This document shows, one piece after another, positions 54,809 through 60,875 of a DNA stretch of 60,875 nucleotides (position 1 is the stretch's first letter; each line of letters starts with the position of its first letter). Below the pieces are notes generated by a model, which made no database searches, was not told where the DNA came from, and was given only the letters and a program-made list of their open reading frames with translations. The translations under genes and the position numbers were made by a program. This DNA is from a virus (Duplodnaviria > Caudoviricetes): IMG/VR virus record IMGVR_UViG_3300043395_000730, positions 1 through 60,875 of that record. One strand, written 5' to 3'.

Positions 54809-57157
54809 TTAAAAGTTTAACCTACTTTGCTCATTCTGCTTTATCTTAAATTCTACATTCTTACCATTTGCTCCACGAGTAATCTCTGGCTTCATTCCGT
54901 ACTGATATTCACCGAATGAATCTAACCATCTGTAGAACTTTATCTGCGATATCTTGTACCTACCATAGTTACCAAAGTCTGGATACTCGGAAACAAATGA
55001 GTTATATAGAGTATTCCCAAGTGTCGGCATGTTAGCTTTTGTACCCATGTTATCCTTGGATGTACACCACTCCCAAAAGTCAGCACTTGTTTCAGCAATA
55101 AATTTACGAGTTTTTAAATTCTTGAACTCACTTTGCATCAAACCTTTATTTAGATACAACTGTAGGTTTGATATCATGTAGTTGTCAAAGCGTATCCACT
55201 CGTCATCATTCCAGTCTGTAAATAACATATGGCCGAACTCACTCTCTGGCGTGTAGTTCTTTGAGTAGTGCTGTTTGAACTCTAGGTCCCACTTACGTCT
55301 CTCAAATGAATTACCAGCTCCTCTGATGGCATAGTTTGTAGTTATGACAATCTTTGGAGAGTCCTCGAACTCTAGCTTAATCTCATCCTTGTTTTTCTTC
55401 TCAAGTGTTATACCCTCAGTAATTACTGAGAACAATCTCTCAAAGTCAAAGTGACGAGCGACATCATCAAACACCAACACCTGCGTGTCAACCTGTACAC
55501 GTTGATATGGGAATGACTTCTGAAAGCTGAATCCCTTTCCGTCTATTATCACCATCTTCTTCATGTGGCTGATAGACTTTACGAATATACCCTTACCAGT
55601 ACCTCCCTCTGGGTTGTCACTGATCACCTCGTCATTAAGTATTATCGCAGGAGCATAGCTTGCAGGCTTATGCGAATGCATCAAATAACCAATTGTCGAC
55701 TCAACAGAACGCTGTCTATCTGGCGTGTCACCAGCTATGTTGTTGATGAATCTCTTGTACTCACAATCATCAAATGATGATATGTTAAAGTTACGCTGTA
55801 TCTTCTGCTTCTCCCACACATAACCAGATAGGTCTTTGTAGTCTATCATGTCAATTCTTGACTTCGACACCCTAACAGCGCAGTTTAGGTAATATAGGTA
55901 TGCTACATCTGGGGTGTCTTTAATGAAGTCAGCATCGATCTTAGAGACATAGTTTAGGAATGTCTCTTGGAAGAACTTAGTGTTGATCGCAAAGAAGTTG
56001 TACACCGACATGTCATTACGATCGTATAAGTACTTGAGAACGAAGTCTTTAATTACATCTTCGTTTACATCACTGATCGTATTGTCAACCACTCTAACAA
56101 ATACAAAATTCATAGACGTTGGTGGATAGTATTTATAGAAACCGCTCCTCTCTAAAAAACGTCTGAAGAGGTGTGGCACTAGGTCTATCTTACCCTTACT
56201 GCTCTTGGTCCAAAAGTCTTCATCACTGTCTGGAACTTGGTCGGTACTTATGGCGTACTTGTCCACAACTTGTTCTACAGGAATACCCATCTTTATGTCA
56301 TTCTTTATAGACGTCTCCTTCTCTTTGTCCTCAAAGTATTTTGTATTGAACTGCTGTACGTTCTTATAAGCGCTGTATATGATGGTTGGTATCTCTCTAG
56401 ACATTGATCCATCTACGTCGTGCTCATGAAGTACTGCCATAGCGTCCTCTTTATTTATGCCATACTCATTTAGTGCTGATGCTAGTATGAATAAGTTATT
56501 GTTACGCTGTCCTGGCACCATGCCGTGATTTTTGTTCCACCATAAGTTAAGTCTACGAACTATCTCTTGGTGATCCTCAACAACAAACATAACAGACTTA
56601 CGTTCTACTGGAACCTCAACATCACCCTCTATCTGAGTCCATATTGAAGACAGCTCGTTTACGTATATGTCTGGATCGTATGACTCATAACAAACCCTTG
56701 ATATGTTGCGCGACGTGGTGTCAAACTGTGGGATGTTATAGTACGTCTTTAGTGCGTTAAAGTAGTGCTTATGATGCATTGGATTTTTTGGTATCCTCAC
56801 AAGAACCTTTAACCCATCGCCAGAAGGTGACAAGAAACACGCATATGTGTAGTCATCGCTCTCTACTTTTTTCCGAAAGTTAGATAGATGTACATCATCG
56901 TCAAACCCATCGAAGTCTATACATATTAGACCGCTATGATTTATGCAAGCAGTGTCTGCACGTTTTGAGAACTGACCAGAGAAACATATCGCTGGAAGTA
57001 ATTTCTTCTTCTCGTTGCGTTTGTTTTTGTCTGTCTCAAATCTAACGTCAGTAACCAACTGCATAGATTTACCATCGCGTATCCTTGAGATAGCTACGGA
57101 TACATCTACGTGGTAAGGTGATGATGTGTCGTTGATTGATTTAAAGTATGTTATCAT
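54809..57157 (-). CDS. Primase-helicase (VirE-N/BT4734-like primase, PriCT-like domain, SF3-type NTPase)
   Basis: KKLLPAICFSG, CIDFD, SPSGDGLK, GQRNNNLF, GGTGKG, VFDD, ITTNY. Confidence 0.85.
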   Translation of the reverse strand: MITYFKSINDTSSPYHVDVSVAISRIRDGKSMQLVTDVRFETDKNKRNEKKKLLPAICFSGQFSKRADTACINHSGLICIDFDGFDDDVHLSNFRKKVESDDYTYACFLSPSGDGLKVLVRIPKNPMHHKHYFNALKTYYNIPQFDTTSRNISRVCYESYDPDIYVNELSSIWTQIEGDVEVPVERKSVMFVVEDHQEIVRRLNLWWNKNHGMVPGQRNNNLFILASALNEYGINKEDAMAVLHEHDVDGSMSREIPTIIYSAYKNVQQFNTKYFEDKEKETSIKNDIKMGIPVEQVVDKYAISTDQVPDSDEDFWTKSSKGKIDLVPHLFRRFLERSGFYKYYPPTSMNFVFVRVVDNTISDVNEDVIKDFVLKYLYDRNDMSVYNFFAINTKFFQETFLNYVSKIDADFIKDTPDVAYLYYLNCAVRVSKSRIDMIDYKDLSGYVWEKQKIQRNFNISSFDDCEYKRFINNIAGDTPDRQRSVESTIGYLMHSHKPASYAPAIILNDEVISDNPEGGTGKGIFVKSISHMKKMVIIDGKGFSFQKSFPYQRVQVDTQVLVFDDVARHFDFERLFSVITEGITLEKKNKDEIKLEFEDSPKIVITTNYAIRGAGNSFERRKWDLEFKQHYSKNYTPESEFGHMLFTDWNDDEWIRFDNYMISNLQLYLNKGLMQSEFKNLKTRKFIAETSADFWEWCTSKDNMGTKANMPTLGNTLYNSFVSEYPDFGNYGRYKISQIKFYRWLDSFGEYQYGMKPEITRGANGKNVEFKIKQNEQSRLNF

Positions 57158-57395
57158 ATTCCTTTATGTCGTTTAAAAGTATTTTGTCATTAACTGATAA
57201 TAGGTATTCATATTTGTTGATCCAATAGTGGACCGCACTGTGGTCCCGATTGAACAACTGGCCTATCTCCTTTAATGTAAAACCTGCCCTTCTCAACTGA
57301 ACATAAAGGTGTGCTCTCTTGTGAACGAGATGCTGTTTTCTTGATGGTGAACTTAGGTCGTCCCTATCAATGATCGATTGGATTGTTGATTTCAT
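57141..57395 (-). CDS. DnaA C-terminal-like helix-turn-helix protein
   Basis: GFTLKEIGQLFNRDHSAVHY matches the DnaA domain IV signature. Confidence 0.75.
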   Translation of the reverse strand: MKSTIQSIIDRDDLSSPSRKQHLVHKRAHLYVQLRRAGFTLKEIGQLFNRDHSAVHYWINKYEYLLSVNDKILLNDIKEYDNIL

Positions 57396-57756
57396 GTCTG
57401 TATTTAATTTCTTTTTTTAATAATTCAAGGTGCCATTCTGCACCACCATATTCAAGTATTGCTTGGATGTGATCGTCTGTTAGCTGTGCGATCGGTATCC
57501 ATGTAAGAGGTTGTTTGCCATCAATTCCACGGCTACCCCGTGTGGCAAACTGACGTACAAGCTCAAAGTCATCGTCATCATTTATAGCATACGCATGTAT
57601 CTTTTTCATGTCTTTTGCTCCGTATTTTTGGTAGTACGAACCACCATCCACTGAAGCATCGTTAGGACATCCGCATCTTTTGAAGTCATGTACGTGTCGG
57701 CTTACTAGTGTTTTCAAACACTGTAGGCATGTCACTGAGTTATATACTATCGCCAT
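57367..57756 (-). CDS. Zn-ribbon phage protein
   Basis: CLQC...HDFKRCGCPNDASVDGG. Confidence 0.7.
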   Translation of the reverse strand: MAIVYNSVTCLQCLKTLVSRHVHDFKRCGCPNDASVDGGSYYQKYGAKDMKKIHAYAINDDDDFELVRQFATRGSRGIDGKQPLTWIPIAQLTDDHIQAILEYGGAEWHLELLKKEIKYRHEINNPIDH

Positions 57757-57925
57757 TTAGTTCTTCTAATACATCAAGATGATAATCTAAATACAATGGG
57801 TTAACTACTTTACACATAAGCTCTACTGCTTTGATGGCTGATCTTCTGGCATGTTCTGGACTCATGTCGTGACTGATGCTTAAAAAATCTTCATATATTT
57901 CTGTTGCCTTTTCTTTTGGTGTCAT
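57740..57925 (-). CDS. Small hypothetical protein (MTPKEKA...)
   Basis: 61-aa ORF. Confidence 0.6.
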   Translation of the reverse strand: MTPKEKATEIYEDFLSISHDMSPEHARRSAIKAVELMCKVVNPLYLDYHLDVLEELNGDSI

Positions 57926-58000
57926 GATAGTAAGTATTTAATTAATTCAAATGCTCCGATACCTGCCAACGGAAGCAGTATTCTTTCTAAGTTTTTCATC

Positions 58001-58210
58001 TTATTCTGATTTAAAGGTTTCATTGTAGTATTTTTCAAATTCAAATAATTCTCCATTAAAACCATCTTGAAAAGCTGCTTTATAAATTAAAATCATCTGC
58101 TCCTTTTCCATTTCTTTGGCTTGTTCAAACCATTCTTGTATTTTATCATAACTACATAAGTCAGGATAATTTAACCAAGTATCTTGTAACCATTCTACTG
58201 CTGTTTTCAT
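58001..58210 (-). CDS. Small hypothetical protein (MKTAVEWL type)
   Basis: TAVEWL...QAKEMEKEQ...YYNETF. Confidence 0.7.
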   Translation of the reverse strand: MKTAVEWLQDTWLNYPDLCSYDKIQEWFEQAKEMEKEQMILIYKAAFQDGFNGELFEFEKYYNETFKSE

Positions 58211-58307
58211 AATTATTTTTATTTTATGTTTATTATATTATACTGTTGTATTTAAATTATACTTTAATGTCTATTTTATTGTGCGAAAAACTTGACAAAT
58301 ATCAGTT

Positions 58308-58363
58308 TATAACCTTAAATACTTTTTACAAAGTAAGCCTATAACCTTAAATACTTTTTACAA
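58308..58363 (+). repeat. Perfect 24-bp direct repeat, two copies
   Basis: TATAACCTTAAATACTTTTTACAA at 58308-58331 and 58340-58363. Confidence 0.9.
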
Positions 58364-58502
58364 GTTCTACTTTATGTATAATCTTTTCCCACACATCAGC
58401 TTTCTTTTTAGCATCTTCAGGTGAGTTAGCTTGTACTATTTTGTAACTTAGTTCCTTCTTACTTCCGTAAGTGAACCAAATCCATACTTTATAAGTCTTC
58501 AT
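58347..58502 (-). CDS. Small ORF, 51 aa (MKTYKVWIWFTYGSKK...)
   Basis: Translated by hand; overlaps the upstream gene end. Confidence 0.55.
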   Translation of the reverse strand: MKTYKVWIWFTYGSKKELSYKIVQANSPEDAKKKADVWEKIIHKVELVKSI

Positions 58503-58770
58503 TGCCTTGTTGAATAGGAACTTTTAAACCATAAGATAAATCAAACCACCCCCACGCTTTTATCGTATGCGCTTTCGTGTATCTAAATTGCTCTTGTGCT
58601 TCTTTTAACCACCACTCTTTGAATTCTACGTACTTTTCGTAGCTTATTTCATTCGAATACCAATTTTCCTCTTTTTCGTACAGGTCGGTTGGTAGGTTAG
58701 CCATTTGTAACTGCTTTTTAATAGCAGCCAAAACGAAGGCGTCATTTGTTGGATATTTTCTTTTTCTCAT
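58489..58770 (-). CDS. Hypothetical protein
   Basis: 93-aa ORF; resembles 51365-51622. Confidence 0.65.
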   Translation of the reverse strand: MRKRKYPTNDAFVLAAIKKQLQMANLPTDLYEKEENWYSNEISYEKYVEFKEWWLKEAQEQFRYTKAHTIKAWGWFDLSYGLKVPIQQGNEDL

Positions 58771-58896
58771 ATCTAAAAACTTTTTGTTTAGTGTCTATAT
58801 TTATCGTGTATTCTTTAGCCTTACATACTGCTAAATACAATTCAAAGTTGAAATTCCCGTTTCTTTTCCAGTATTCAATTTGTTTAAGTAGTGTCA

Positions 58897-59208
58897 TCAT
58901 ATCCAATAGTTTAAATAGTCGTTGTCATAATCCTCTAAAAACACGGATGGATTCGTCTTTTGGTAGCTAATTAACTCCTCTTCTAAGTAGTCTAACATAG
59001 CATCCGAAATAACGAATTTAGTAATAGGTTCTACTTCACTCCAACACTCCGACTGCACTATTCTTTCAAGTACGACTTCATTACTATACGCGTCAAGTCC
59101 GTATTCAGCTACTACGTAAAATGTCAATCCGTCGTCTTCCCAATTAAAGGTAACTTGCTGTTCATTATGTAAAAAGCTGTGTTCTATATAAAAATTTTCT
59201 AAGTTCAT
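58897..59208 (-). CDS. Acidic hypothetical protein
   Basis: 103-aa ORF. Confidence 0.65.
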   Translation of the reverse strand: MNLENFYIEHSFLHNEQQVTFNWEDDGLTFYVVAEYGLDAYSNEVVLERIVQSECWSEVEPITKFVISDAMLDYLEEELISYQKTNPSVFLEDYDNDYLNYWI

Positions 59209-59426
59209 TTTCTTATTGTTATTCCGTTAAACTTCTCGTTATAATAATCTTCACCTGTATAAGTATATTCGTAATTAGTTACACCACTTGAATTTCGCTT
59301 CTTGTTTCCGTGCGCTTCAATTATTTGCTCTTTCTCCATTTGTTTTGCTTTATCAATATCTCCTTTTGTAAACTTCCCTAAATTATTGAAAAGTTGTTGC
59401 TCTAACCATTCTACTGCTGTTTTTAT
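59205..59426 (-). pseudogene. TAVEWL-type paralog with ATA in place of the start codon (ATA-initiated gene or pseudogene)
   Basis: ATA AAA ACA GCA GTA GAA TGG TTA matches ATG AAA ACA GCA GTA GAA TGG TTA at 58210; 73 open codons. Confidence 0.6.
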
Positions 59427-59818
59427 AACATTTGTTTTATTTTTTCTAGATATAAACTTAAATCCATAGCCTCCTGCTTGGCATGCTCAACCCATTCCTT
59501 TATCGTTAAGTCATTACGATCTAAATTCGTATTGTACTTAGCCATCCCAACAGCCGATCGATCTCTCAATTGATTGACCAGTGACTCGACAATACTATCT
59601 GACTTTATAAATTCAGAATTGTTGTACCATCTGGTTGTCTGATTGCCAAGCTGATTGATACCTGTTAACCAACAGCCGTGCTCCTTAGCGTCCTCAACGC
59701 TCACCACCTCATACCTATCGAAGTAGCGCTTGTCATCAACTAACTTGATGACGTAAACTTTTTCTCCTTGTTTGTACATATCTTTTGATTTAAAAAAAGA
59801 CAGACTGACCACACCCAT
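59423..59818 (-). CDS. Protein with a C-terminal all-alpha NTP-pyrophosphatase-like domain (start probably MYKQGEK)
   Basis: RSAVGMAKYNTNLDR.DL..WVEHAKQEAMDLSLYLEK. Confidence 0.5.
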   Translation of the reverse strand: MGVVSLSFFKSKDMYKQGEKVYVIKLVDDKRYFDRYEVVSVEDAKEHGCWLTGINQLGNQTTRWYNNSEFIKSDSIVESLVNQLRDRSAVGMAKYNTNLDRNDLTIKEWVEHAKQEAMDLSLYLEKIKQML

Positions 59819-59890
59819 CTGCCTAGAGTTTTTACCTATGTGGAGGCTAACCTCAGAACCCTAACTGCTGTCCACCATGAACAAATTTGT

Positions 59891-60016
59891 TGTCAGGACA
59901 GGATTCGAACCTGTATCTATGATGGGATTTCTCCTAAGTATGAGGTGTGCTTACGATTATATTTTCAAATCTTTATCACTCCATCCTATAGCGTCTACCA
60001 ATTCCGCCACCTGACT
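59891..60016 (-). ncRNA. tRNA-like RNA with Leu/Ser-type D and T arms but no canonical anticodon arm
   Basis: GTCAGG/CCTGAC acceptor, TGGCGGAATTGGTAGACGC D arm, ACAGGTTCGAATCCTGT T arm, about 75-nt interior. Confidence 0.7.
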
Positions 60017-60236
60017 ATAAAATAACCCCTAGCAGTGGCTATTGATCAGATAGTCTTACTAGGGGGTTGTATCAGTTATAAGGACACGTCCAATTTCCCG
60101 ATACAGAGAAGGCCATACAAGTGAGCTGATCTAACGGTAAGCTCGATGGCACTGGGCCTGTGGCTATCTCACCACAGGGGGGCGTGTAGCAGGCTCCGCT
60201 CCCTGCTCGGTGCTTGTACTTTGCACTATTAAGCGT

Positions 60237-60578
60237 TTAGGTTAATGTTAACAAGTATAATGTCTCGTTAACTAGACCTATCATCTCATCCATTATGTTC
60301 TGCAAGTCAGATGGATAGTTAGGTCTCTCTTCCTCAAGAGTTTTTTGCATCATCTTTAAATGACTGATCGAATCTTCGTTCTTTGATTCTGGTATAACTA
60401 TCGGAAGTCTTTTGTTTCTACCGAAATATTTCTCAGTAAATGAGTCTGTAAGATCAAGTATCCCATCATAGTAAGACGCTAAAGCCTTGTGCTCTGCGTA
60501 AGATGTTGTCTGTAAGTGTGCGATGTGCATTATGTCTCTACTCTGAAACAACATGCCTATTAGTTTATTTGCTGTCAT
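60237..60578 (-). CDS. DUF5856-like ferritin/Dps-fold protein
   Basis: HIAHLQTTSYAEHKAL..YYD...LQNIMDEM...TLYLLTL. Confidence 0.7.
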   Translation of the reverse strand: MTANKLIGMLFQSRDIMHIAHLQTTSYAEHKALASYYDGILDLTDSFTEKYFGRNKRLPIVIPESKNEDSISHLKMMQKTLEEERPNYPSDLQNIMDEMIGLVNETLYLLTLT

Positions 60579-60580
60579 AA

Positions 60581-60875
60581 TTAAAAAGGTAATGCGTCAT
60601 CTTGTTTAATCTCTGCTTGCTTTGGAGCCTCTCCCTCAATCTTCCAACCTTGTAAGGTGTTGAAGTACTTAACGTCACCTGCTGGCGATGTCCACTCTCT
60701 ACCTCTCAGATTGAACGACAGCTCGATCTCTTGGCCTTCCATCACGTTGTCAAGTAAACTCGTCTTGTCTTGAGTGAACTCAAAGCTTACGTACTGAGGA
60801 TACTTGTCGTCGCTGTTGTCAACCATGACAAGCTCACGTTTTGAGAACTTCTCGCTCACAATCATCGTTTGTCCT
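60581..60875 (-). CDS. DUF3127-like OB-fold (SSB-like) protein, 3' part
   Basis: KYPQYVSFEF.QDK, FNLRGREW, YFNTLQGWKI, acidic DDALPF tail. Confidence 0.8.
   Translation of the reverse strand, partial: GQTMIVSEKFSKRELVMVDNSDDKYPQYVSFEFTQDKTSLLDNVMEGQEIELSFNLRGREWTSPAGDVKYFNTLQGWKIEGEAPKQAEIKQDDALPF
60861..60875 (+). repeat. Terminal direct repeat / assembly overlap, copy 2
   Basis: Identical to 1-15; a - strand ORF reads in frame across the join. Confidence 0.95.

Noticed and set aside
59800-59890. HDV-like (theta) ribozyme downstream of the tRNA-like RNA
   Set aside because: GCCTCCAC resembles an HDV L3, but I could not build a consistent P1/P2 nested double pseudoknot
59891-60016. Canonical tRNA-Leu, tmRNA or YrlA Y RNA
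   Set aside because: No anticodon arm; too short and no tag frame for tmRNA; arm order is not permuted as in YrlA

Overview
The window looks like a complete ~60.86 kb circular or circularly permuted dsDNA phage genome: the first 15 bp repeat at the end, and one gene reads through the join. It is most likely a lytic podovirus-like phage of Bacteroidota (Flavobacteria-like host), judged from repeated TAnnTTTG promoters and AT-rich ribosome-binding regions. The + strand (about 9.1-49.2 kb) encodes basic small proteins, GroEL and GroES-like chaperonins, a lysis cassette, terminase, portal, scaffold, major capsid protein, tail proteins and a 3702-aa multidomain putative ejection protein. The - strand carries early genes (8.1 kb leftwards) and replication/recombination genes (primase-helicase, SF2 helicase, VRR-NUC, exonuclease). 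I recognised no integrase, DNA polymerase or RNA polymerase. The main finding is an RNA-processing layout in the early operon: three complete type I hammerhead ribozymes and a minimal tRNA-like element, each 23-24 nt upstream of a start codon. Two of the ribozymes have exactly complementary loop III sequences. There is also a structured leader, a tRNA-like RNA with its anticodon arm replaced, and an inverted iteron array that may be the origin. All product calls come from motif recognition by eye, not database searches.
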